Assembly: GCF_009914755.1 (NCBI RefSeq)
Contig: NC_060935.1
Direction: 5' to 3' (one strand)
Source: the human T2T-CHM13v2.0 reference genome, Homo sapiens
Length of the DNA stretch: 64,000 bases
The translations under genes were made by a program, and so were the position numbers. The notes below the pieces were generated by a model, which worked only from the letters and a program-made list of their open reading frames with translations, did not search any database and was not told the origin of the DNA. This document shows positions 1 to 12,635 of the stretch, one piece after another (the first letter of the stretch is position 1; every line of letters begins with the position of its first letter).

Positions 1-27
1 TACAATCACTTTTGCATCAGCCTAATA
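1..27. mobile_element. End of a MADE1/mariner-type MITE, truncated by the window edge
   Basis: caatcacttttgcatcagcctaata resembles the MADE1 terminal repeat CAATTACTTTTGCACCAACCTAA plus TA. Confidence 0.45.
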
Positions 28-100
28 TCATGGTATTATTATAATGCTATAACAATAATCGTCTAGTATTATTTTATTCGATTAGAGTGATAGCAACAAT

Positions 101-120
101 ATCATCATCATCATCATCAT
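101..120. repeat. (ATC)n microsatellite, ~6.7 units
   Basis: atcatcatcatcatcatcat. Confidence 0.85.
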
Positions 121-1671
121 TGCCACTGTTATTAATCCCCATTTCTCTGCAACTTAGCTACCTAGTAACCTGTCCCACCTTATATACCCAAGGCAAGGAT
201 GATGAGTGACCTCTAAACTGCCAAATCTTTGTCTGGGGGAATGTAGTGTGCTCAGCTCACTGCCTCAGCACCTCTTTATACTGACTCTGCATGGAGAGAC
301 GGCATGTGGGTGAAGTGGGAAGTGCAGTAGAAGCAGGGAGATGCAGAGGGCTAAGAGGAGTTGCAAGACGAAAGACACAGACTCGAGAGATAGACCCAGA
401 TGTAGGCTTGACTCCACTAGCTCAGCGACATGGGGCAAGGTGCTTATGCTTTCTAAACTTCAGTTGCTTCATGCGTTAGATGGAGATTCATATATTCGCA
501 CAACCATTTGACAGGGGTTCTCTGCATGATACATGTGGTTTAGGTTCTGATGATAAAGCAGTGGGCAGGACACACACGTTCTTGTTCCAGTAGAGCTTAG
601 ATTTTAGTGGAGGAAGCAAAATAATAAATCAGTTCTGTTGGTGGTACATGCTGCAAAGACTCTGAAGCAGTGCAGTGTGATTGCGCTTTTGGAGAGTGGG
701 GCAACATTAGAATAGGCAGACAGAGCAGGCAACTTGAGGTTGATGTCTTAGCTGAGCCCTGGCTGAGAAGAGGATGATCTTTTGTCCACCTCCTGGGGAT
801 GCTGATAGAAGTGAACTGGCATCTACTGAATGCTGCCTCGGTGGTTATGTTATTGCTCTTTCTCTCCTTTCTTTAATTGCGTGTGGTCAGCACTTGGCTA
901 GGGGCTAGAAGAATGCAGGTGATGCACAAGCACCCACCTTTTCACAGGCTGTGGGGCGACCACTGCACAACTCAAATACTGTTGGTGCAAAATGGTGTCA
1001 GATGAGCCAAGGTGCAGAGCTACTGATGCTTATTGGTCCAGGTGGGTCAGAAGAGTTAGGAAAGTAGGCAGGCCTGGCAGTGAGGTTTGAAGGAGAGTTA
1101 TGCCTTGATTAGATTAAGCAGTGGGGCAGGTAGGCCCAGGATGGGATGTGGCAAGAGCAGACAGCAGTGAGTCCGCATCAGGCTTGGAGAAGCAAGAGAT
1201 GACCAGCCTGGCTGACGGGAAGGAGCAAGAATATGAGTCCCACCTGTGGACTCTTCATTGCAAGGCTGTGACATTGAGAATTTGTTTTATGGGAGTGTGG
1301 AGTCATCGATTGCCTTGGAACGTGGAGTGACACGGGATGGTGAAATAAGTAAATGCTCATTTGCTTATTTACTTATTTGAGTAATTTACTTATTGATACT
1401 GCTTTGTCCAGATCATCATGCCCTGGAAACTGGGGCTTACATGGTTCTAGCTCCTCTTTCAGACCACTTGAAAATTGTCCCATGAGTCAGAGGAAGGAAC
1501 AGCGCATTGTGACTAGAAGTTGGGGCAGGTTTCGCAGATGGGTCAGGTCAGGGAAATAGGCAGGCATGGAGGGGGCATGTCTGTAGCAGAAGCTGAGTAG
1601 CCATCTTTGGCAATGGGGGTCTTTAAGGAGCTCCGATCCATCTCAGCCTCTTTTCCCCCTGTTTTTGTCAG

Positions 1672-1763
1672 GTAGCTAATCCAGATGGCGACTTCCGACT
1701 CACAATCGTCAATTCCTCTGTGCTTGATCGTCCCAGGGCTCTGGTCCTCGTGCCCCAAGAGGG
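1672..1763 (+). CDS. SORL1: SORL1 exon 19 (92 nt), YWTD beta-propeller: [31 protein letters not shown]
   Basis: gtttttgtcag|GTA acceptor, GG|gtaagt donor; phase 0-2; missed by ORF track. Confidence 0.97.
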
Positions 1764-2948
1764 GTAAGTGTTGCCCCAAAAGGAAATCAGTCTTGCGTCC
1801 AATGCTACACTAATAGATTCTCATGGAAACACAGACTGCGGGACAAAAACTCTGTTTCTCATGATGGTGGTTGAAATGGTCTATTAACTGAGAAGTTTGA
1901 GACCACAGCTTAGTCATCGTGGTCAGGTAACTCCGTTCGCTTTTTGTTAGCCAGTGTCAGAGTCTCTTTAGGCATCCAGATGTCTTGCATCTGTGGGTTG
2001 TTTCTCTAGAAAAGTTGATGTTAAAAGAGAGCTTCTGTAGACATAGACAGGCCTGCTTGGATATTGTGAGAACTTTCTCTTGAGTTTCATGCATGGTACA
2101 AACATTTAATTCATTCCATCTTTCCCCTGCCTTCCCAGCATGTGTAGGTTTTCTTACGTACAATCAGTGTGCACTTGGGGAAGGCAAAGGTGCTTTTTAT
2201 TAACTCATTAACTGAAGGAAACATAATTAAGAGGGAAATTCTGGATTTGACATTCTGGCTTTTCCTCTCTCGTAGCATTTATGATAGAGAATTGGCACAA
2301 TTTTTTTCAAGGAAAATTCTAAGAGTAATGTATGTACTTGGTTGACAATATTTAGAGAGAACAGCACTTTATGAAAAAAATTTGCATTCTTCCTTTTCAT
2401 TCTTAACCCTTTACCCTCACACTTCCTAGTGGTAATCATTGTTAATAATGTCTTGTGTATCTTTCATGATTGCTTTTACTTATGTACAAGTATTATCTTT
2501 AAAACACACACATATACACACACATGCACGCCAAATAGGATTGTAGTGTAGTTACTATTCTGTACCTTTTTAAACAAACTTAATATGTATTGAAAATAGT
2601 TCTGTGTGAGCATATATAGATTTTTAGGTTTCACAGTATTCTATTATATGTACCATAATGTGTCACTTCCTCTGCTGATTAACATTTAGTTTAATATACA
2701 TACATATACATTTCTTTGTATATTATCTTTGCATAATTTGATTTTATCTATAGATAAATTCTAGTAAAGGAATTTCCAGGTGAAGGAATTTAAGTAGTTT
2801 CAGGTGTTGTCATTACATATTGTTATAATAATGCTGAAATAACCAGCCGGATCATTCGAAAGGAGTTTCTGACCTTTTCTGGAGTAGTATTTGAGCTCCC
2901 ATTTCTCTAGTATTGATGAGGTATGTGTTCTGTCCCCATTTTCGCTAG

Positions 2949-3195
2949 GGTGATGTTCTGGACAGACTGGGGAGACCTGAAGCCTGGGATTTATCGGAGC
3001 AATATGGATGGTTCTGCTGCCTATCACCTGGTGTCTGAGGATGTGAAGTGGCCCAATGGCATCTCTGTGGACGACCAGTGGATTTACTGGACGGATGCCT
3101 ACCTGGAGTGCATAGAGCGGATCACGTTCAGTGGCCAGCAGCGCTCTGTCATTCTGGACAACCTCCCGCACCCCTATGCCATTGCTGTCTTTAAG
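2949..3195 (+). CDS. SORL1: SORL1 exon 20 (247 nt), YWTD propeller: VMFWTDWG...IYWTDAY...AIAVFK
   Basis: cgctag|G acceptor, AAG|gtgagt donor; within ORF 2923..3294; FWTD/YWTD motifs. Confidence 0.98.
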
Positions 3196-3876
3196 GTGAG
3201 TCCATTTGTTGCTGCCGGACAGTCTGCTAGAGCGGGTGAGGAGCATATGAGATCAGGAGCCTGCATCCCTGGGCTTTGCAGAGAAGCTGTTTAACTTCTT
3301 AAAGGTTGCCTTTTTTCCAAATTTGAGATAACTTATTTTCAGCCTATGGAGGGATGCCAGGCAGAGGCGCCAAGGGTCCAGGCTCCCCTGCTGTTCACAT
3401 TTCAAAAGGTTAAAAGTGAAGGCTCTTCCCATGAACATTCCCAGTTTGCCCCTCAGTGTCAGTAGCCTCATTTCAGGGTGGTGTCTTCATTTTTTGTGCG
3501 CTTTGCTCACTTTATTCTCTGATGACTTCCGGTGAGCTCTGCACCACCTATAGTGCCTTGCAGTTCTTTTTCGACTCTGGAGAGCAACATGGCTCTTCCC
3601 AACTCTGGGAAACAGATTTCAAACTGAGGGGGTTGGGTTTGTGTCATAAACTTGAATGCTTATCAGATAGTTTCTTTTGGGCAGTTTCTTCTGTGGGGTT
3701 ATATGGTGAGGTTTGGATAAAATTGCTGTCCTTTGCATTTAAGTAGAATCTTGATCAGGCTAGTCATTCAGCCAATAAATGTTAGTTGTCTCCTGCCTGG
3801 GGGAACTCTTACCCTTAGAGAGAACCAGAATAAAGAACGAAAGAGCTGGACTAATGGGCAAAGGTTTTCTTTTTAG

Positions 3877-4015
3877 AATGAAATCTACTGGGATGACTGG
3901 TCACAGCTCAGCATATTCCGAGCTTCCAAATACAGTGGGTCCCAGATGGAGATTCTGGCAAACCAGCTCACGGGGCTCATGGACATGAAGATTTTCTACA
4001 AGGGGAAGAACACTG
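3877..4015 (+). CDS. SORL1: SORL1 exon 21 (139 nt): [46 protein letters not shown]
   Basis: tttttag|AAT acceptor, CTG|gtaagc donor; phase 0-1. Confidence 0.97.
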
Positions 4016-5289
4016 GTAAGCCAGAGTCTCTTCTTTTGTCTCTGTAGAGTTGATCTCAAGAAAGGGGCTGCGTGTGGCCAATCTCTGCTCAGAGTAGGAG
4101 CTGGCAGCCTGCATCTTTGTTGTCACGACAACATGCACATTATTTAATTTCTTCCTAATGACATCTTAATTTCTTTTCTAATGATACACAAACAGCTGGA
4201 AGACAGCATGCTTTTGCCTGCCTAGAGTGTTGGTGCTTGGTGGGTAATTACACCCTCCTCCTGCCCTTGGCCCCTGACTGATTGGTGGCGCGGCTTCTGT
4301 TGCAGCTGGGAGAGTCCTAACATGTGCTTAATCCCTGTTTGGCATGCTTGCAGGAAGAGACTCTGTGCTGGGTGCTCAGATAGTTGTTGCTTCCTGACAG
4401 GGCCTCTTGCTTGTTCTCTGGTTGCCCAGATGACCTATTGCTCATTGACCGTACCTACCTCTGCTGGAATGGCACTGTGTAGTTAGGTGTTGTTTTAATT
4501 AACTTTTCCCACCATGAAACCCTAAACCCCATGAAGAAAGAGATGGTCTTTTTTATTCCCCGATAGTTTTACCAGTGTCTAGCACTTTGTAGGTGCTCAA
4601 TTCATATTTGTTGAAAGAATAAGGGATGAAAAGGGAGGGGAAGAATTGCAGTGGGTGCAGACAGTAGCTGTCTTAGAGATCTACTGGGTGAGGCTTCAAG
4701 AACTGCTATGAGGCTTTGACCTGCTAGTCCTGGAGTCTGAGACTATTCAGTGGAAAGCCTTTATCATTTCATGACTGCTCTTTGATTTTGCTTATCTCCC
4801 AGCCATACTATTGATTCTAGAGGAGAAAGATCAGAGGATTACCAGGAAGAATAGTCCCTTTAAGAATTTCCCTCTTTATCTCAGCAGGATTAAATGGCAT
4901 CCTGGGTTTGCTGATTCTCCTTTATTGACAAACTGCTAAGTTTTCTGTTCTTAACTGGAATGTTGATATTGTTTTATGGTTCTTGGCTGACCCTATACTA
5001 GGAGAAAATTGACAGGGGAAATAATACTGTTATAGATATCATTGTTATCCTCTTGGGATTGTGAAGATAGCATGAGAACACCCTGGGAAAACTATAAAGT
5101 GTCTTACAAATGTAAGACGATATTATTTGTTATGTCTTCACCACTGACCTGTGAGGTAGGGAAGGCTGGTATTATGATCCATGGTTTATAGATTAGGGAA
5201 TTAAATCTCAGATATGAATTAGCTTTCCCAAAATATCCTCACTAGTTTAGGGGCTGGCCTTTTGTTGCAATTCTGCCGCTAAATGGAGA

Positions 5290-6644
5290 AGTCACATTCT
5301 TTCTTAGAGGAGGCACCTGTTTTAGAATCAGGAGAGTTGAAGGAATCTTGCTTCTCAGCTCCAGTGACTGAAATCTTCAGACCTTTGTTTAATGGAGGAC
5401 ATCCACCCCTACTGATCTGACTTGCTAGCTAGCAGAGTGGATTTTTAGTATTTCTCCAAGTGGATTTTTAGCATTTCTCCATGTTACCACTTAGTCCAGA
5501 AGAGTGGGTCTTCATTTTTACAAGTGCTTGTATGCATGTGCTTGTTTGATTTGCACACAGGAGCTTCTGAAACACTGTGTGCAGATGAAGCCAGTGGCTA
5601 CCCGGTCACAACTTACTTCCCAGTCTTGACTGTCCACTTCATCCCAAGAACTTGGGCACAGCTGACATGCAGTCACACCTGTGACTGAGGAGCAGTGCGG
5701 GAGGAGAGAGTTTGTGGTCTCAGCACATGCAAACGTGGTGTCTTGGTGCCAGTCAGACAGGTCTGCAATCCTCACCTTAGGTGTAGTTTCCCTTTCATGC
5801 CTCAAAGAGTCATCTTCATTTAAGTTAGCCAGAGTCATTTTGGGGCCCAGAGTGAGGTCTGGATAGATGACAGGCTGGTTTAAAAGGGAGATATGTATTA
5901 GCAGGGCATAGTGGCACATGCCTGTAGTCTCAGCTACTCAGGAGGCGGAGGTGGGAGCATCACCTGAGCTCGGGAGGTTGAGGCTGCAGTTAGCCAAGGT
6001 CGTGCTGCTGCACTCCATCCTGGGTGACAGAGTGAGACCCTGTCACCGAAAAAAAAAAAAAAAAAAGGCTGGGGGAGATCTGTGTTGGTGAGTAGAACAC
6101 AGACCTGGACCTGTGCATGGGCGGCTGTGACTCTCCCTTTGGCCATGGCCAGTTGTCGCCTCTCTGCTCCTTTCTGTTTGCCTTTGGGATTTTCTCTTGC
6201 TGTCCTTTGGTTGTGAGCAGGATACTTCCAGGAGACCTACTGCCTCCAAACACAGGGCTGGAGAAAGACGTTTTTGTCTTTCTCTGCAGCCCAGTTGGGG
6301 TCAAATCAAAGCTTTTGCAGTGGTGTCTGGCTGTCAGCACTGTCTATGAGCACTCCGCACCTCTTGGCCTTGAACTTGTTTGCTCTAACCTGCTTGCTTT
6401 TTTTGGACACTGATAGGACACTTGCTTTTTTGGACATTGTATTACAGATCCACGGTGTGTGTTGGATCTAGCACTTGGAGAAATGCTAAAAATCCACTCT
6501 GCTAGCTAGCAAGTCAGATCAGTAGGGGTGGATGTCCTCCATCAAGCAAGGGCCTGAATATTTCAGTCACTGGAGCTGAGAAGCAAGATTCCTTCAACTC
6601 TCCTTATTTTAAAACAGGTGACTCCTCTAAGAAAGAATGTGACT
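5290..6644. repeat. Long inverted repeat: arms 5290-5462 and 6472-6644 (173 bp, 164/173 identical, ungapped)
   Basis: Manual reverse-complement alignment. Confidence 0.95.
5897..6066 (+). mobile_element. Alu right monomer (FRAM/AluJ-like) with poly(A)
   Basis: gcctgtagtctcagctactcaggagg...gagaccctgtc followed by an A-run. Confidence 0.85.
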
Positions 6645-6699
6645 CCTGTCCATCTTTATTATTTTTGTTGTCTCCTCCTAACACATTCGGGACTTTCTA

Positions 6700-7303
6700 C
6701 AGTAGTCTCCTGCTTATTTGCCATTTTGCTTTCTGTGATTTCAGCTACCTGCGGTCAACCACTGTCCAAAAATATATATGGAAGATTCCAGAAATAAACA
6801 ATGTATAAGATTTAAATTGCTTGCTGTTCTGAATAGTGTGATGAAATCTTGTACTGTCTCCTCCCTGTCCCACCTGGGATGTGAATCCTCCCTTTGTCCA
6901 GCGTCTCATGCTGTTGATGCTGCCGGCTCATTAGTCCCTTTAGGAGCCGGCTGGGTTATCAGGGTGTCAAAGTACTGCAGTTCTTGTACGCAAGGAACCC
7001 TTATTTTACTTCATGATGACCCTACACCTCAAGAGTAGTGATTCCAGTAATTTGGATATGCCAAAGGGAGGTTGTAAAGTGCTTCCTTTAGGGAAAGGGT
7101 GAAAGTTCTAGACTTAATAAGGGAGGAAAAAAAATCTTACACCGAGTTTGCTAAGATCTGCTGTAAGAACGAACCTTCTATCTCTGAAATTGTAAAGAAA
7201 GAAAAAGAAATTCATGCACAGTATAGGTTTGGTCCTATCTGCAGTTTCAGGTGTCAGCTAGGGGTCTTGGAATTGGGGGTTTTGGAATAAGAGGGGACTA
7301 CTA
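6700..7303 (+). mobile_element. MER44 (Tigger7-derived, TcMar-Tigger) DNA transposon remnant
   Basis: TA|cagtagtctcc...gaggggactacta|TA terminal inverted repeats; ORF 7099..7290 (KVLDLIREEKKSY...EIVKKEKEI) resembles the Tigger transposase N-terminal HTH. Confidence 0.8.
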
Positions 7304-7334
7304 TATTAACCAAGTGTTAAATAATAATAATTGA

Positions 7335-7560
7335 TAGTAACTACATGTATTGAGGGGTTGCTGTGTTATAAGTACCACAGTAATGTGCTTTGTGGGCTTG
7401 TATAACCTCACTTCGTCTTCCCAAAGACTTCTATATGTACTATCAATATTTCCATTTTATAGGTGAGAATATGAAAGTCTGGTTTAGTAACTTGTGTAGG
7501 TCACACTTTTAGTAAGTGGTAAGAATTTGCACTGTGGCCCGTTGACTTCAAAGCCTGAAC
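7335..7560 (-). mobile_element. MIR SINE (degraded)
   Basis: ccattttataggtgagaa...agtaacttgtgtaggtcacac...gacttcaaagcc MIR core. Confidence 0.6.
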
Positions 7561-7749
7561 TTCGATAAAACCACCCGGCTCTGCTCCCTCTGTCATGTGT
7601 TGCTAGAATAGCAGTGCCCTGGTAGTATGACAGCAGTTCAGAAGTACTGTTCTAGATTTTGATTGATGATGGTTCATAATAAAAATGTTGTTCAGTTGCA
7701 ACATTTATCAATTTGAAATATTTGGTCCTTTATAGCTAGCTGGTTTTTA

Positions 7750-8055
7750 TTTTTTATTTGTTTAGTTTTTTGGAGACAGAGTCTCGTTCTGTTACCCCGG
7801 CTGGAGTGCAGTGACGTGATCTTGGCTCACTGCAACCTCTGCCTCCTGGGTTCAAGCAATTCTCATGCCTCAGCCTCCTAAGTAGCTGGGACTAAAGGCA
7901 TGTGCCACCATGCCTGGCTAATTTTTTGTATTTTAGTAGAGATTGGGTTTCACCATGTTGCCCAGGCTGGTCTTGAACTCCTGAGCTCAGGCAATCTGCA
8001 CGCCCCGGCCTCCCAAAGTGCTAGGATTTACAGGTGTGAGCCACTGTGTCTGGCC
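7750..8055 (-). mobile_element. AluS, full length, TSD ctagctggttttta
   Basis: Antisense Alu dimer; TSD at 7736-7749 and 8057-8070. Confidence 0.93.
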
Positions 8056-8909
8056 ACTAGCTGGTTTTTAAATGGTATAACTGGAATTTATTCTTTGTAA
8101 AGTGTGTTTTTTCTTTAAAGAGGTTACTTTACAAGATTGTTGATGTATTCAGTTGCTCCTGCGATGGCTCTTGGAGCTTTGGAATTCTTTTGCAGTTTTG
8201 GAATTCTCCTTTAGAGCCTGCAGTAAGTATGTGCTTTTAAGTATCTATAATGAGGGCACATATTTATTATTTGAGGTAGATTTGATTTTGATAATTGCCA
8301 AGTGTATAGATACTTGAGATGATGACATTTTTGGCTCCTAAAGTATTCCTGGAGGAATTTTCCAAACAGGAAATGTGAAAATGTTCTGAACATGCCCAGT
8401 GAAGACATCACGGGGCTATGTGTTTGATCTTCTAAGGGAATGTCTTTGAAGATGATTGTCCACTCTTCACATTGAGATAACGGTTTTCATATTGCCTGGT
8501 CCACTCAAGACAATTGTCATCCTGTATAAAGGGTCTGTGGCTGTGGTAGAACTGCCATCATAGGAGTTGGTGAATTACCCTTCCATCTTCTTCCAGCTTC
8601 TCTCTGATGCAGCTCTCCCATTTTCCATTCTCTGGCTTCAGACTAGCCTAGACATTCCTGCCCCTGCCTACCTCTTAGGATCAGTGACTTGGTTAGCTTG
8701 TTTTGCAGTTTGCCCCTGGTTACTGCCTCAGAGTACAGTTTCATACATTTCTGCCTAGATCAGCCTCCTGAAATATGATACCCCATTTTGAGTTCTCTAC
8801 TCTTAGCTCTTCTTGCTTGTTTGGATAGGAATATTTGCTCTGCATATGAAAAGGTTAGTGAAATGATTTTACAGACATGATCCCTGTGAAAAAAATCATC
8901 CTGTAATAG

Positions 8910-9232
<323 letters not shown>

Positions 9233-9527
9233 GTAATAGAGTATTTTAAAATAACATCATATTCCATTATTGTTCAGGATCTTGGAACATTGAGTGATAT
9301 ATTGTTCTTTGAATACAAAACACATGTTCCCACATCCTTGTTTGAGTTGTTTCTCATGAGTGGTGGCTCTATGTCAATTCTGCATTCCCTCTTGTAGCCA
9401 GTGGCCTGTACCTTTGAACTAAAGGAGCCATCTGTGCCCACTAATGGATCAGAGTGAAGGGATGTCTGGGACTTCTGCTCTAGTCAGCTGGTTAGTCTGC
9501 TATGGTAATTAAGCTGTTATGATTGAT

Positions 9528-9667
9528 TATTTACTGAACCTTTTGGACTGTTTCATCATGTGGACTTCCCTTCCTCTGGAGGTGTATGTTTTCTCTCTAT
9601 TTACTGAATCTTTTGGAATGTTTCATCATATGAACCTCCCTTCCTCTGGATGTGTGTGTTTTCTCTT
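9528..9667. repeat. 70-bp tandem duplication (2 copies, ~89% identical)
   Basis: tatttactgaa(c/t)cttttgga...ttttctct twice. Confidence 0.9.
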
Positions 9668-10737
9668 TGGTAATACCTCTTACTCTTTTCCTTGGCATCA
9701 TAATAACGTTGTTGCCATAGCATTGTGATTTTTATTTTTATTTGTAATGTAAATTAACCAATGATGTGCCCACACACCCAAAGCTACTGCGTATATTATC
9801 CATATCGACACTGATTATCATTCATGAACTTCGTCTAACCTGTAGGCCAGGATAGGCATGGCTTAGATGAATGCTTGGCTGGGTGGCAACAGATGATTTG
9901 GATATGGTGCTGAAGTGTGGGAGGGCATCTCTGTCCATGACATAGCACGAATGAAGAATTAGCAATTGAGTTTTATCTAAGTTTTTATGTTCATTTTTCC
10001 CATTTTCATGATTAATAATTGCAGTCAAAAGAAAAAACATGATTTCATAGTTTCTGTGACCCCATAGTTGTATCATGTTTCAGATTGTTATAAAATGGTT
10101 TATGCATCTTCTTACCTGCCATCCCCGGAACGATGTAGGGGATAGGATGGCACTTTTGCCATCCTCGTTCATCCACAAAGGCTCCTTCTCAAGAGTGCAG
10201 TGGTGGATTTTACGAACTCTCTCCGGTGCTGCCTTTAGTAAGCTGAACCAGAGAAAAGATTGGCAGGAGTGGGCTAGATCAGCATGAACTAGTCCTTACC
10301 TGAACACATTGCACAGCAGTGGCTGATGAGTACTGTGGTTGGCTCCTCCTTTAGCTCTTGAGGGGCACTCTGGCACAAAGGAATTGAGAAGGGGAGGCCT
10401 GGATTTTTGTCCTGGGCCCACCATTAACCAGGTGTATGTTCTAATTAAGGCCTTTGGGGCCCTAAGGAGCAGAAACCCACTCAAGCTAGCTCAAGTGAAT
10501 GGTTTTATGGAATGAATAAAGGAGCCCAAAGATGAAAGTCTAGGAGAGCCTCATGGGGACTGGAGCTGTTCTTTCTCTTTCCCTCTCATTAGGCCTCTTC
10601 TCTCCGTAAGCCTCTTTCTTTTTAAAAAAAAAATTATTCGGAATTTTGAAGGCAATGTTCAACTATATTATAGCCACTAGTGTTGTAATTGAGAAGTCCA
10701 AAGACATTCTGATTCTTTTTTAAATTAAAAAAAAAAA

Positions 10738-10863
10738 TTTTTTTTAAGGGATAGGATCTTGCTATATTGCCCAGGCTGGATTCGAGCTACCAGGCTCAAG
10801 TGATCCTCCTGCCTCAGCCTCCTGAGTAGCTGGGGCTACAGGTGCGTGCTGCCATGCCTGGCC
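10738..10863 (-). mobile_element. Alu monomer (FLAM-like)
   Basis: gcccaggctgg...ggctcaagtgatcctcctgcctcagcctcc...gcctggcc. Confidence 0.8.
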
Positions 10864-11298
10864 TCCTTAAGTCTCTTTTAGTCTCCTGACGGTCTGCAGA
10901 CTGAGCTTATCTGCATTCCCAGAGTTTTGACTTCCACACGGTTTTGGCTTGCCATGTGCCACTTCAACACCCATGCTCTGTGACCCTTTCCCTGGCTCCA
11001 GCTCCTTGGTTGCTTTCTTGTCTTTCAGTGACCCAATTACAAATTCCCAGGAGGAACCCTGCTGCCTGGCTTGGCTCTGGGGCAGTCTGATCTGGCTGAA
11101 GACAGGATGCAAGTCACTGGTTATACTGAGCAGAAGTTTTCAGCACAGTAGGCGCCCCAAAGCTTGCCACTTGACCCTTGAGAGCTTCTCGCTGTCCTTT
11201 CCGTAAGACGAGGAGGTTGCGGTGGGTCTCCTTCTTGTATTCAGTACCTCCCTCATGGTGTGTATTAACCTACCTGCTGCTGTTTGTCTTCCCTCCAG

Positions 11299-11472
11299 GA
11301 AGCAATGCCTGTGTGCCCAGGCCATGCAGCCTGCTGTGCCTGCCCAAGGCCAACAACAGTAGAAGCTGCAGGTGTCCAGAGGATGTGTCCAGCAGTGTGC
11401 TTCCATCAGGGGACCTGATGTGTGACTGCCCTCAGGGCTATCAGCTCAAGAACAATACCTGTGTCAAAGAAG
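11299..11472 (+). CDS. SORL1: SORL1 exon 22 (174 nt), EGF domain: [10 protein letters not shown]...NNTCVKE
   Basis: ccctccag|GA acceptor, AAG|gtactt donor; within ORF 11178..11714; 8 Cys. Confidence 0.98.
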
Positions 11473-12247
11473 GTACTTCCCTTTTTCTTTTTTGCCTGTC
11501 ATCCTCCTTCCTTTGTTTCCTGCTCCCCGCCAGGGGAGGGAGGGATAGCTCTCTGTTTCCTAACCTTTTCGTGTTATTGGAAAAAGTCCAAGGTAAAAAT
11601 CAAACCTACCAGATACTCATAAGAATACTGGTTTGGGTTCTAAGTCCTGGTAAGGGTCAAAGAGGCCCTTCAGTCCTCACTCAGAACAGGCCTATGCTGT
11701 ACCTTTCTAAGTAGTAGCTGTGGTTTTTGGTTTCATGTCAGATGGCACAGGCTTTCTTCAGGGTCTCCCTTTTTATTCTTTTGCTTCTTCCTCTCCTCAC
11801 CCATCCCTCACATCCAGGTTTCTTACCTGCTCCTGTTTTGCATAAGTTGGACCAACCTGATTGGGAAAAATAACCAGTGTGACTCCTTCCGCGTTTACTC
11901 TCACCTAACGGTTGTCCATCCTCTCACCGTAGCCTAGCCCAGTGTGTCCTGAACTTTCAGACCAATGTTTGCAAAGCACTTTGAGTCTAGACCTTATGCC
12001 ATGACCAAGCAGCAAGAGCAGCCTTACACCCACTCCCCCTCTGAATTTGAATATAGAGATTTAACATTTCTTTCCTCCGAAATTTAAAAAGTTTTTCCTT
12101 CCTGTGTAATTTTTACTGTCACCACTTCCCCCGCCTCCAGCATCACGTTTCTGTGAGTGAGGTGAACCCCTGCAAGGGCACCTTGCCATGAAGTGCATGG
12201 ATTGATGGCCAGAATTTCTGCTTTTCCTTATCTGTGATTCTATTTGC

Positions 12248-12635
<388 letters not shown>

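Noticed and set aside
5290-6644. Reading the intron-21 inverted repeat as a pre-miRNA or as transposon TIRs
   Set aside because: The ~1-kb loop is far too large for a pre-miRNA; no TSD, recognisable TIR ends or transposase remnant between the arms. Kept as an unexplained inverted duplication.
7099-7290. Transposase-like HTH ORF
   Set aside because: Short decayed remnant inside MER44; no catalytic domain, so not a domesticated gene.
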